A program made the position numbers and the translations under genes. Below are positions 22,852 through 42,024 of a stretch of 64,000 nt of DNA, one piece after another (position 1 is the first letter of the stretch; every line of letters starts with the position of its first letter). The notes under the pieces were generated by a model that saw nothing but the letters and a program-made list of their open reading frames with translations, did not search any database and had not been told where the DNA came from. Origin of the DNA: Halobacteriovoraceae bacterium (GTDB taxonomy: Bacteria; Bdellovibrionota; Bacteriovoracia; Bacteriovoracales; Bacteriovoracaceae); NCBI GenBank assembly GCA_963719505.1, contig CAVRCF010000001.1, positions 192,001-256,000 on the forward strand. The letters are read 5' to 3'.

Positions 22852-23503
22852 CTATTGCTTAATCGCTTTAGCGATTCTTACAAAACCATTTTTAGAACCA
22901 GGAATCGAACCCTTGATTAACATGTAACCTTGGTCTTCATTAAGCTCTACAATTTGTAGGTTTTGAATAGTTTTAGTAATCACACCCATATGACCTGGCA
23001 TTTTCTTTTGCTTGAAAACACGTCCAGGAGTGGCACGGTTACCGATAGAACCAGTTGTTCTGTGAAACTTGTGACCGTGAGATGCTGGACCACCAGCGAA
23101 GTTATATTTTTTCATAACTCCGGCGAAACCTTTACCTTTAGTCGTTCCAGTAACATCAACAACTGCGTTCGCAGCAAAATTCTCTAAAGAAACTTCTTTC
23201 CCTAGATTATCAGCAGAAACTTCAGCAGATCTTAAACTCAGCAAATTGAGTAAAAGTTTTATCAATGTTTGCTTTCTTTAAGTGACCTTTAACAGGACTT
23301 GTAACTAACTTTTCACGTTTTTCATAGAAAGCTACTTGATACGCATTGTATCCATCAGTTTCTGTGGTTTTTACTTGAGAAATAACATTGGGGATTAGCT
23401 TGATGACGGTAACTGGAACATGCTTTCCAGACTCATCAAAAATTCTTGTCATACCAGCTTTCAAGCCATAAACAGCTGGCAAGCTAACTTTTGCTTCAGA
23501 CAT
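22852..23503 (-). CDS. rplC: 50S ribosomal protein L3 (one frameshift near 23225)
   Basis: [40 protein letters not shown]. Confidence 0.97.
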
Positions 23504-23594
23504 TTTTCCTCCACAGCATCACCCCTTTCTGGGGATGCATTCATGGTTAATATTCAGACTAAACTAATTTCGAATAGATAGTCTGCAACTTATA

Positions 23595-23903
23595 CTAGTA
23601 TTTGATCTCTACGTCAACACCTGCTGATAAGTCTAACTTCATAAGACTATCTACAGTTTGTTGAGTTGGGTCGATAATATCAACCAATCTTTTGTGTGTT
23701 CTCATCTCGAACTGCTCACGTGCTTTTTTGTTTACGTGTGGTGACCTAAGTACAGTGTACTTATTGATCTCAGTTGGAAGAGGGATAGGGCCAGCAATTC
23801 TAGCACCTGTATTCTTCGCAGTCTGAACAATTTCTTGAACCGAAGCGTCAAGAACGTTAAAATCGTAAGCTCTAAGCTTGATTCTCAGTCTATTTGTTTT
23901 CAT
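23595..23903 (-). CDS. rpsJ: 30S ribosomal protein S10
   Basis: [35 protein letters not shown]. Confidence 0.98.
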   Translation of the reverse strand: MKTNRLRIKLRAYDFNVLDASVQEIVQTAKNTGARIAGPIPLPTEINKYTVLRSPHVNKKAREQFEMRTHKRLVDIIDPTQQTVDSLMKLDLSAGVDVEIKY

Positions 23904-24002
23904 TTATTCTCCAAAATTTTATAAGATGTCTTAGATATTGCATGGAATAAAGGATGTCAACCAATTCCATGCAATTTTTCATCTTTTTTGTTTAATTACA
24001 TA

Positions 24003-25193
24003 CTAGTCTAAAATATCAGTTACTGTTCCAGCACCAATTGTTCTACCACCCTCACGGATTGCAAACTTTAGACCCTTCTCCATTGCGATATTTGTGATCA
24101 ACTCTACGTCAAATCCTGTGTTATCTCCTGGCATGATCATCTCAGTCCCTTCGTTCAACGTGATTGCTCCCGTTACGTCCGTTGTTCTGAAATAAAACTG
24201 TGGTCTATATCCTTTGAAAATCGGAGTGTGACGTCCACCCTCTTCTTTTGTCAAAATATACACTTCACATCTAAATTTACTATGTGGCTTAACTGTTCCC
24301 GGCTTAATAATACACTGACCACGCTCGATATCTTCTCTCTTAACACCTCTTAAAAGAATACCTACGTTATCTCCTGCACGACCTTCGTCAAGAAGCTTTC
24401 TGAACATCTCTACACCAGTTACTACAGTCTTAACTGCGTCCTTGATTCCGATGATCTCGATCTCTTCTCCAACCTTAACGATCCCTCTTTCAACTCTTCC
24501 TGTACAAACTGTACCACGACCTGAAATTGAGAAAACGTCCTCTACTGGCATCAAGAAATCTTTATCAATCGCTCTCGGTGGAGTTGGGATATACTCATCA
24601 ACTGCGGCCATAAGTTCTAAAACTTTATCACGACCAATTGCTCTGTCTCTATCTTCAACTGCTGCTAGCGCTGAACCTGCTACGATTGGTGTATCGTCAC
24701 CTGGGTAATCGTATGAAGAAAGTAATTCTCTTATCTCCATATCTACTAACTCTAATAATTCTTCGTCATCAACTTGATCTACCTTGTTTAAAAATACTAC
24801 AAGTGAAGGTACGTTTACCTGACGAGCAAGAAGGATATGCTCTCTAGTCTGTGGCATTGGACCATCAGCCGCTGAACATACTAAAATTGCTCCATCCATC
24901 TGTGCTGCACCTGTAATCATGTTCTTTACATAATCGGCGTGACCTGGACAGTCTACGTGTGCGTAATGTCTGTTCGCTGTCTCATACTCTACGTGTGAAG
25001 TATTGATCGTGATACCACGAGCCTTTTCTTCTGGAGCTGAATCGATATCTGCATATGACATTGACTTACCACCCATTGCTTCCGCAAGAGTCATAGTGAT
25101 TGCTGCTGTTAATGTTGTTTTACCGTGATCGACGTGACCGATTGTACCAATGTTAACGTGTGGTTTTGAACGGTCAAATTTTTCCTTAGCCAT
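24003..25193 (-). CDS. tuf: Elongation factor Tu (str-operon copy, intact)
   Basis: [22 protein letters not shown]; full 396 aa. Confidence 0.99.
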   Translation of the reverse strand: MAKEKFDRSKPHVNIGTIGHVDHGKTTLTAAITMTLAEAMGGKSMSYADIDSAPEEKARGITINTSHVEYETANRHYAHVDCPGHADYVKNMITGAAQMDGAILVCSAADGPMPQTREHILLARQVNVPSLVVFLNKVDQVDDEELLELVDMEIRELLSSYDYPGDDTPIVAGSALAAVEDRDRAIGRDKVLELMAAVDEYIPTPPRAIDKDFLMPVEDVFSISGRGTVCTGRVERGIVKVGEEIEIIGIKDAVKTVVTGVEMFRKLLDEGRAGDNVGILLRGVKREDIERGQCIIKPGTVKPHSKFRCEVYILTKEEGGRHTPIFKGYRPQFYFRTTDVTGAITLNEGTEMIMPGDNTGFDVELITNIAMEKGLKFAIREGGRTIGAGTVTDILD

Positions 25194-25229
25194 GATGACT
25201 CTCCTTTAAGTTTATTTTTTAATTTGTAT

Positions 25230-27311
25230 TTAAATAAATATTCCGCGTTTTTCTAAGACTTTTTTGGCAATATTTTTATCCAACAATTCGTAGTTTTTAA
25301 ATGTCATCGAAAAGTTTGCACGCCCTTGAGTCTTTGATCTGAGATTTGTTGAGTACCCAAACATCTCTGCAAGCGGTACCTCAGCTAAGATCATTTCCTT
25401 TTCACCTTTAGGATTCATAGAAAGGATTCTACCTCGCTTCGAATTTACATCAGAGATGACATCTCCGGCGAATTCAGTTGGACTTACAACTTCCAAACTC
25501 ATAATTGGCTCCATCAAAGATAGACCCGCTTTTTTACAAGCTTCTTTAAATGCCATAGAGGCTGCAATCGTATAAGCAAGTTCACTTGAGGTGTCCTCAT
25601 CATACTTTATTTCTTCAATAGATGCTTTTATACTTATAAAGGGATAACCAGCTAGCGCTCCACCTGGTGCAGACTCAGTTATTCCCCTTGAGGTCGCTTT
25701 AAATAATTCTTTAGGCACATCGCGAGATTTAAATTTTTCCTCAACGCTTATAACTTGTTCCTCTTGAGACTCAACCGAAATTTTCACAAATCCGTACTGA
25801 ATCTTTCCACCAACTTCTTGCTTGTACTCGTGGCTAGCAACACCAACACCCGATATACTTTCTCGATAAGCTACTTGTGGAGATCCAACATTGACACCGA
25901 CTTTAAATTCACGAAGTAATCTATCAACAATAATATCTAGGTGAAGCTCACCCATTCCATAAATCAAAAGTTGGCCCGTCTCTTTATTATTAAAGTACTT
26001 AAAAGAAGGGTCTTCAATTTGTAATTGATCTAGAGTTTTGTGAAGTTTATCTTCATCGGCAGATGTTTTAGGCTCAATTGCAATAGAGATGACGGTCTCT
26101 GGAAATTCCATAAGATCATAAACGATAGGTTTATTTGTTACACATAATGTGTGGCCTGTTGTTGTGTACTTCATCCCTGTAAATGCAACAATATCACCTG
26201 CTCTGGCCACTTCAACTTCTTCTCTTTTATTTGAATGCATTTGTAAAATTTTACCAACGCGCTCTTTTTTATCTTCAAGGGGATTATAAATTTGAGAGCC
26301 AACTTTTACTTCTCCTGAATAAATTCTAAAAAACGTAAGCGTCCAACGAAGGGATCAGTTGCAATTTTAAAGGCAAGACCAGAGAAGTCATCAGAGACGT
26401 CTGGAGATCTTGAAATCTCTTTTTCATGATTTTTGACTATCGTAACCTTTGACTGCACCGATATCAAGTGGTGATGGAAGATAGTCGCACAACGGCATCT
26501 AAAAGAGGTTGCACACCTTTATTTTTAAAAGCAGTTCCACAAAAAACAGGTATAAAACTCTCTTTAATGATGGCGTGTCTTATCGCCTCTTTTAAAACTC
26601 GTTGCCGTTACCTCTTCACCGCCGAGGTATGCTTCAGCTAGCTCATCATCTAAAATCAGCAATAGATCCTATTAGTTCTTCACGATACATCTAAGGCTTC
26701 TTCTTTTTCCCCATCCGTTAATTCTTGAAGCTTTCATATTTCTCTCCAAGGTCTTCTGAATTCCAAATGAGTTTTTTCATTTGAACAAGATCAATAATGC
26801 CTTCAAAAGTATCTTCACTTCCCACTGGTAAGTGAATAGCTGCTGCATTTTTTCCAAGCTTATCTTTAATTTCCCCAACCACTGCGTAAAAGTCAGCACC
26901 GACTCGGTCCATTTTATTAACAAAAGCAATTCTTGGAACTTTATACCTATCGGCTTGTCCCCAAACTGTTTCTGACTGAGGCTCAACACCTCCAACCGCG
27001 CAGAATACACCGACAGCACCATCAAGGACTCTTAAAGATCTTTCTACTTCAATCGTAAAATCGACATGACCTGGGGTATCTATTATATTTATTTTATGAT
27101 CATCCCACATACAGGTTGTAGCCGCAGAAGTGATTGTAATACCACTCTCCTGCTCTTGGACCATCCAGTCCATAGTTGCCGTACCATCGTGAACTTCACC
27201 AATTTTGTAGCTCTTTCCAGTATAAAAAAGAATCCTTTCCGTTGTGGTGGTTTTACCAGCATCAATATGGGCCATGATTCCAATATTTCTAATTTTATTT
27301 AAGTTTTTCAT
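25230..27311 (-). CDS. fusA: Elongation factor G homologue (divergent; frameshifts ~26240-26740)
   Basis: [44 protein letters not shown]; located between rpsG and tuf. Confidence 0.93.
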
Positions 27312-27363
27312 CCAACTTCTACCTTGATCGCATTTGCAGTGGCCAAAACAACTGTCTTAAACC

Positions 27364-27393
27364 AAAAAAAGGAGCGCTTACACGCTCCTTTTT
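27364..27393 (-). terminator. Intrinsic terminator between rpsG and fusA
   Basis: aaaaaaa-ggagcg-cttaca-cgctcc-ttttt; on the minus strand a GC stem followed by 7 T. Confidence 0.8.
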
Positions 27394-27429
27394 CTTATAA
27401 AAATACTTACTATTTTTTTAACAAGTTTA

Positions 27430-27907
<478 letters not shown>

Positions 27908-27918
27908 CTTTTAACTCC

Positions 27919-28295
27919 TTACGCCTTTGGTCTTTTAGCACCGTACTTAGAACGACGCTGTCTTCTTTTATCAACACCAGAAGCATCGAGTGTACCTCTT
28001 ACAGTGTGGTAACGAACCCCTGGTAAGATCTTTTACTCTTCCACCTCTAATAAGAACGATACAGTGTTCTTGAAGGTTATGACCTTCACCACCGATGTAT
28101 GAAATAACTTCAAAACCAGATGTTAATTTTACCTTACAAACTTTTCTCATTGCTGAGTTTGGTTTCTTTGGCGTTGTTGTATAAACACGTGTACAAACTC
28201 CACGTCTTTGAGGGCAAGCAACAAGAGCCGGAGACTTAGTCTTCGTGAACTTATCTGTTCTTCCCTTTCGTAACTAATTGGTTAATCGTAGGCAT
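27919..28295 (-). CDS. rpsL: 30S ribosomal protein S12 (frameshifted)
   Basis: [55 protein letters not shown]. Confidence 0.97.
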
Positions 28296-28373
28296 TTTGC
28301 GTACTCCTTAAAATTTCCACTTTTCATTTAGCGAGGGTTTTTAACACATGGCCCATCCTAAAACAAGTTTTTT

Positions 28374-32528
<4,155 letters not shown>

Positions 32529-32568
32529 TAATTTATACCTCTAACTAATTTTCTAAGCGATTAGTTGT

Positions 32569-36700
<4,132 letters not shown>

Positions 36701-36767
36701 TTGGACTGACTCCTCAGATAAAATATATTTAAAAATAGTTTGTTGTTCTATTTACATGCACAAACGC

Positions 36768-36798
36768 AAAAATGGAAGTGCACAATGTGCACTTCCAT
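36768..36798 (-). terminator. Attenuator-like terminator between rplL and rpoB
   Basis: Perfect 12-bp stem atggaagtgcac-aat-gtgcacttccat followed by Ts on the minus strand; same position as the E. coli rplL-rpoB attenuator. Confidence 0.75.
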
Positions 36799-36844
36799 GA
36801 ATTTTATTTAACAAGCGATAACGCTTCGTTCCAATTCTTCCGAA

Positions 36845-37206
36845 TTATTTAAGCTCAACTTTTGCACCAGCAGCTTCAAGTTTTTTCTTGATCTCTTCTG
36901 CTTCTTCTTTAGTTGCGCCTTCTTTAAGAGTTTTAGGAGCACTTTCAACGATGTCTTTCGCTTCTTTAAGTCCAAGACCAGTGATTCCTCTTACTTCTTT
37001 AATAACATTGATTTTCTTAGCACCTGCTTCAGCAAGGACTACATCAAATTCAGTTTTTTCTTCTACAGGACCTGCAGCAGCACCACCAGCAACAGCAACA
37101 GGAGCTGCTGATACACCAAATTTCTCTTCTAATTCTTTAACAAGGTTAGCAAGGTCTAAAACAGTCATTCCTGAGATATGGTCAATTAAGTTGTTCGTTG
37201 TTACAT
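36845..37206 (-). CDS. rplL: 50S ribosomal protein L7/L12 (5' end garbled)
   Basis: [39 protein letters not shown] aggag before ATG at 37206. Confidence 0.97.
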
Positions 37207-37261
37207 TTTATTCTCCTAAAAATTTATAAAAATGGTTACGTTAAAAAGCTTCAAAGAACTT

Positions 37262-37808
37262 CTATTCAGCAGTTTCCACTGCAGCTTCAACTTTAAGATC
37301 AGCTGGTTTTTCAACACCTTGTGTTTCACACTTCATCTTTAATTGAATTCATTAATCTAGCAAATGCAGATACTGGCGCATTAAATGTAGCAAGTAATGT
37401 TCCTAGCATTTCATCTCTAGATGGTAATTTAGCTAGTTCAGTTACTTGATCAACCTCAAGTAGATTCTGTTCCTAGGTACCCCTTACCAAGAGTAACTTG
37501 TTCCAAGTCTTTGCTGGCGTCAAAAATAGCCTTTGCTACACCTGGAGCATCTTCGAATGCAAAGCAACTGCATTGGTTCCCTTAAGACCTGTCAGTAGTG
37601 CTTCTGCATGCGTTCCTGCTGCAGCCTTACCAAAGAGAGCATTTCTTGTAACAACAATAGTTCCATTTGCATCTCTAACTTTCTTTCTTAGATCTACGGC
37701 AGAGTTTGCGTCGATTCCAATCATGTTCGTTAAGAAAAAGAGCTTTTGATGCTTCAATTTTCTCTTTGAGGTCTTTGATCAGAACGTCTTTTTAGCTCTA
37801 GTCATCAT
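37262..37808 (-). CDS. rplJ: 50S ribosomal protein L10 (frameshifted)
   Basis: DLRKKVR...VVTRNAL..., ELAKLPSRDEMLGTLL; lies between rplA and rplL. Confidence 0.92.
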
Positions 37809-37835
37809 AATGTGATTCCTCCTGTGTTAATATTG

Positions 37836-37898
37836 GAGGGGGATTTCGACAGGCTTTACTACGTCTTTTTAAGGACGAACCGGCTTTCATCAACCCCT
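37836..37898 (-). promoter_or_regulatory. Probable L10(L12)4 autoregulatory leader
   Basis: Structured rplA-rplJ spacer: gggguu...aaucccc outer stem enclosing gaaagccgg...cgtc-ttaaaaa-gacg...gcctgtcgaa. Position and architecture resemble the L10 leader. Confidence 0.55.
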
Positions 37899-37907
37899 AT
37901 ACTTTGT

Positions 37908-38612
37908 TTATTTTAAAACTGTAACGATATCGTTAGTGTCTAGCTTTATACCAGGACCCATTGACGTGCTAATAACAATTGATTTGATATAGTGTACCTT
38001 TTGCACTTGCTGGCTTCGCTCTAAGATTGCACCCGCGATAGCTTTGAAGTTTTCAATAAGTTGTTCATTTTCGAAAGATTTCTTTCCAAAAGGAACATGA
38101 ACAATACCAGTTTTTTCAGTTCTATATTCAACCTTACCAGCTTTTTGCTCAGAAACTGCTTTTTCAACATCAGTTGTAACAGTACCAAGTTTTGGGTTAG
38201 GCATAAGACCACGTGGCCCTAGAATTCTTGCAATTCTACCAATTTTCCCCATCATATCCGGAGTCGCGATAACTCTATCAAACTCCATCCATCCACCTTG
38301 GATTTTTTGGATAATATCGTCACCACCAACAAGGTCAGCTCCAGCTGCTTCAGCTTTTGCAATGTTCTCACCAGAAGTGATAACAACAACGTTTACTTTT
38401 TTACCAGTTCCAGCAGGCATAACAATTGCACCTCTGATCATTTGGTCAGCGTGTCTTGGATCAACTCCAAGTCTGAATGCAACATCAAATGTTTCATCAA
38501 ATTTTGCAAATGCTGCATCTTTAGCAAGGTCGATAACCTTCATTGACATTGTAAAGTTTTTTGCTTCTACTTTTGCCCATGCTTCTTTTCTTTTATCATT
38601 ATTTTTTTTCAT
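37908..38612 (-). CDS. rplA: 50S ribosomal protein L1
   Basis: KFDETFD, LGVDPRHADQMIRG, LGPRGLMPNPKLGTVT, STSMGPG. Confidence 0.97.
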   Translation of the reverse strand: MKKNNDKRKEAWAKVEAKNFTMSMKVIDLAKDAAFAKFDETFDVAFRLGVDPRHADQMIRGAIVMPAGTGKKVNVVVITSGENIAKAEAAGADLVGGDDIIQKIQGGWMEFDRVIATPDMMGKIGRIARILGPRGLMPNPKLGTVTTDVEKAVSEQKAGKVEYRTEKTGIVHVPFGKKSFENEQLIENFKAIAGAILERSQQVQKVHYIKSIVISTSMGPGIKLDTNDIVTVLK

Positions 38613-38624
38613 TTATTCCTCCAA

Positions 38625-38654
38625 ATCGGTAGTAGCGACTCTCAGTCTCCCGAT
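38625..38654 (-). promoter_or_regulatory. L1-binding operator upstream of rplA
   Basis: Minus strand atcgg-ga-gac-tgaga-gtc-gctacta-ccgat just 5' of the ggagg SD; matches the GGGAG...GcUanUaCC L1-site architecture. Confidence 0.7.
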
Positions 38655-39095
38655 TATGCTTCAAACTCTTTATAGTCTAGTTTTAATCCTGCAGATCGAA
38701 CTGAACCTTCAATCGTTCTTTTTGCAGCATCAATATCAGCAGCTGTTAAGTCTGGCATTTTTGCCTTTGCAATATCTTCCACTTGTTTCTCAGAAACTGT
38801 TCCAGCTACTTCGATGCCCTGGCTTATTTGCAAAAGACTTCATTTTAAGAGCTTTCTTTAACATAAAAGCTAGCCGGAGGAGTTTTTGTGATAAATGTAA
38901 AAGATCTGTCAGAATAAACAGTGATGATTGTTGGAAATACTGTTCCCGCATCTTTTTGAGTTCTTGCATTGAATGCTTTACAGAATTCCATAATGTTTAC
39001 ACCTTTTTGTCCAAGAGCTGGACCAATTGGAGGTGCTGGGTTTGCTTTACCGCTTCAATTTGAAGTTTAATAAAACCTGTTACTTTTTTTGCCAT
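38654..39095 (-). CDS. rplK: 50S ribosomal protein L11 (frameshifted)
   Basis: [51 protein letters not shown]. Confidence 0.96.
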
Positions 39096-39107
39096 AGTTA
39101 TTCTCCT

Positions 39108-39134
39108 CGGTTCAAACGACTTTTACGTCTCCCG
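39108..39134 (-). promoter_or_regulatory. L1-binding operator upstream of rplK
   Basis: Minus strand cgg-ga-gac-gtaaaa-gtc-gtttgaa-ccg running directly into the gaggag SD. Confidence 0.65.
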
Positions 39135-39166
39135 TATAGTTTTAAGTCTTCCCTTGCGGGAATTTA

Positions 39167-39824
39167 TTATGCTTTTTCTACTTGAGTATCATCTAAGCTC
39201 AACTGGAGTTGGACGACCAAAAATCGATACGTTTACTTTTAGTTTTCCGTTCGCATTAACGGCTTCAACAGTTACCAACAAAAGATGCGAAAGGTCCTTC
39301 GATAACTTTAACAGAGTCACCAGCAGATGAAAATCGTGCTTGAACTCTAGATTTCTTAGTACCATCAACTTTAATCCAATCATATTAGCTGCTTCATCGT
39401 CTGATATTGGAGTAGGAGTGCCTCTTATCGTTCCACCGATAAAACCAGTGATTTTATCTGTGTCTTTAACTAGGTGCCAAGTGCCTTTTCTTCATATGCA
39501 TTCTTACGAGAACATATCCTGGAAAGATTTCTTTTTAATATTTCTTTTCTTTCCATTAACATTTGTAACTACTTGCTCTTCTGGAACAACAATATCAGCG
39601 AAGTATTCTGTCATGTTATGGTTTAAGATTCTTTCTTTAAGTGTTTTTGTAACTCTATTTTCAAATCCACTTAGAGCGTGAGCGATATACCATTTGAAGT
39701 CTTCTGTATCGCCTTTTGCAAGACCATTATCTTCAACATCTGTTTCTTCTGGAGTTGCTGCTACCGCTTTAACTTCTGAAGCTACATCAGCCGCCTCTAC
39801 TTCATTTTTATTATCTTCGTTCAT
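39167..39824 (-). CDS. nusG: Transcription factor NusG with acidic N-terminal extension (frameshifted)
   Basis: KWYIAHALSGFENRV, VVPEE, KOW tail KLKVNVSIFGRPTPVEL. Confidence 0.95.
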
Positions 39825-39865
39825 TAAAGAATCCTCGTATGTTTTAGCTATACGTTTTAATTAAT

Positions 39866-40264
39866 TTATTTAGCAATTAAGCTTAGTAACCAACTTGCAC
39901 CTAGGTCAAAAAATCCTAAGAGAAAGCCTATTACAGTAACTCCAATCATGATAACGATTGTATGTTTTACTGTTTCGTTTTTATCAGGCCAAACAACCTT
40001 TATAGCTTCTTGATAAACCTCTGTTAGAAAGTTAGAAGTCTTAGGAGTTTTCATAATATAAACAAAGACACCGAAGGCGATCAAAACAGACAACGCCTGT
40101 GAGATAGCTGTATAATTAGTTATCTTTGACTCAAGCTCAAACCATTCGCTTAAAGTTGAGAAGAAACTCATTAGTACGTATCCGACAACCATACATGTAA
40201 TTGCAACACTTGATTGAATCCACTTTCTGCCGTCGTTATTATTTGCCAATGACATATTTATCAC
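39866..40264 (-). CDS. secE: Preprotein translocase SecE, three-TM form
   Basis: FLTEVYQEAIKVVWP motif, three hydrophobic segments, upstream of nusG; start may be 40255. Confidence 0.93.
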   Translation of the reverse strand: MINMSLANNNDGRKWIQSSVAITCMVVGYVLMSFFSTLSEWFELESKITNYTAISQALSVLIAFGVFVYIMKTPKTSNFLTEVYQEAIKVVWPDKNETVKHTIVIMIGVTVIGFLLGFFDLGASWLLSLIAK

Positions 40265-40426
40265 CTTTTATTAATCATTTTTTTCGCATAAAAATTGAGT
40301 TCACAATATATGCGAAATAAAACAAGTTTTGTCTATAAGAAAAGTATTTTTATAATAAATAATGGGAATTGAATAGTATTTTCTTGTGATGGTTTATTGC
40401 GCACAATGCAATAAAAACGTATTAAG

Positions 40427-40502
40427 TGGCGGGCGCAGAGGGATTCGAACCCCCAACCTACTGATTTGGAATCAGCCGCTCTACCGTTGGAGCTATACGC
40501 CC
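40427..40502 (-). tRNA. tRNA-Trp(CCA)
   Basis: GGGCGTATAGCTCCAACGGTAGAGCGGCTGATT-CCA-AATCAG...GGTTCGAATCC...CGCCCGCCA cloverleaf. Confidence 0.96.
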
Positions 40503-40510
40503 ATTTTTTT

Positions 40511-40540
40511 AAAAAAAAGGACCGGCATTAACCGGTCCTT
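40511..40540 (-). terminator. Intrinsic terminator after the tRNA-linked tuf
   Basis: Minus strand aaggaccgg-ttaatg-ccggtcc followed by an 8-T run. Confidence 0.8.
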
Positions 40541-40564
40541 AATTTTATATTTAAGTATTATTTA

Positions 40565-41757
40565 TTAGTCTACAATTTCAGATACTGTACCAGCACCAAT
40601 TGTTCTACCACCCTCACGGATTGCAAAACGAAGACCTTTCTCCATTGCGATGTTAGTGATTAACTCAACGTCAAATGCAGTGTTATCACCTGGCATGATC
40701 ATTTCTGTTCCTGCAGGAAGAGTGATTGCTCCAGTAACGTCTGTTGTTCTGAAATAAAATTGTGGTCTGTATCCTTTAAAGATTGGAGTGTGTCTTCCAC
40801 CCTCTTCTTTAGTTAGGATATAAACTTCACACTTAAATTTAGCTATGTGGCTTAACTGTACCTGGCTTAATTAAACATTGACCACGCTCAATATCTTCTC
40901 TCTTAATACCTCTTAAAAGAAGACCAACGTTATCTCCTGCTTCACCTCTATCAAGAAGTTTTCTGAACATCTCAACACCAGTTACAACTGTTTTTTGAAG
41001 AGTCTTTAATACCGATGATATCAACTTCTTCTCAACCTTAACGATCCCTCTTTCAATACGACCTGTAACAACTGTACCACGTCCAGAGATAGAGAAAACG
41101 TCCTCTACTGGCATTAAGAAATCTTTCTCAACATCTCTTTTAGGAGTTGGGATATACTCATCAACTCCAGCCATTAGCTCAAGAACTTTATCTCTACCAA
41201 TTTCTGGCGTCTTTATCTTCCATTGCAGCAAGAGCTGAACCAGCTACGATTGGAGTATCGTCACCAGGGAAATCATAAGAAGAAAGTAATTCTCTGATCT
41301 CCATTTCTACTAGCTCAAGAAGTTCTTCATCATCAACTTGATCAACTTTGTTTAAAAATACAACGATCGCTGGAACGCCAACCTGACGAGCAAGAAGGAT
41401 ATGCTCTCTAGTTTGTGGCATAGGACCATCTGCAGCTGAACATACAAGAATTGCACCATCCATCTGAGCAGCACCTGTAATCATGTTCTTTACATAATCG
41501 GCGTGACCTGGACAATCTACGTGAGCGTAATGTCTGTTCAGCTGTTTCATACTCAATGTGAGAAGTATTAATTGTAATCCCTCTCGCTTTTTCTTCTGGA
41601 GCTGAATCGATCTCGTCGAATCTACTTGCTACTCACCCAGAGCTTCTGCAAGAGTTTTAGAAATTGCAGCTGTTAATGTTGTTTTACCGTGATCTACGTG
41701 ACCGATCGTTCCGATGTTTACGTGCGGTTTACTACGATCAAATTTTTCCTTAGCCAT
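40565..41757 (-). CDS. tuf: Elongation factor Tu, second copy (tufB position; frameshifted)
   Basis: [26 protein letters not shown] at 41757, [23 protein letters not shown]; follows the Thr-Tyr-Gly-Thr tRNAs. Confidence 0.97.
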
Positions 41758-41949
41758 AATATACTCCTTACAAATATTTTTTGCAATTTAGGCGTTAATA
41801 CTATTTAACTTAAATTAAACAATTTTAATGTCACCGAGTATGCTTTAAGCATTCTCAACTGACAATTATTTTTTGCTCTATTTTTTAAAATTATTCTAAA
41901 TAAAACAAACTCTATCTTAATAATCTTTTTTCATAACACAGTTTAAAAC

Positions 41950-42024
41950 TGGAGCTCTCGACGAGATTTGAACTCGTGGCCTCTTCCTTACCAAGGAAGC
42001 GCTCTACCCCTGAGCTACGAGAGC
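41950..42024 (-). tRNA. tRNA-Thr(GGT)
   Basis: GCTCTCGTAGCTCAGGGGTAGAGCGCTTCCTT-GGT-AAGGAAG...GTTCAAATC...GAGAGCTCCA. Confidence 0.96.

Noticed and set aside
26718-27311. Split EF-G or stand-alone G-domain protein
   Set aside because: EF-G coding sequence continues through 26240-26720 in shifting frames (e.g. [23 protein letters not shown]); it is one gene with indels.
38362-39063. 233-aa plus-strand ORF and the many other short antisense ORFs in the track
   Set aside because: They are antisense or alternative-frame shadows of well-supported genes (here rplA/rplK) with no independent motifs.
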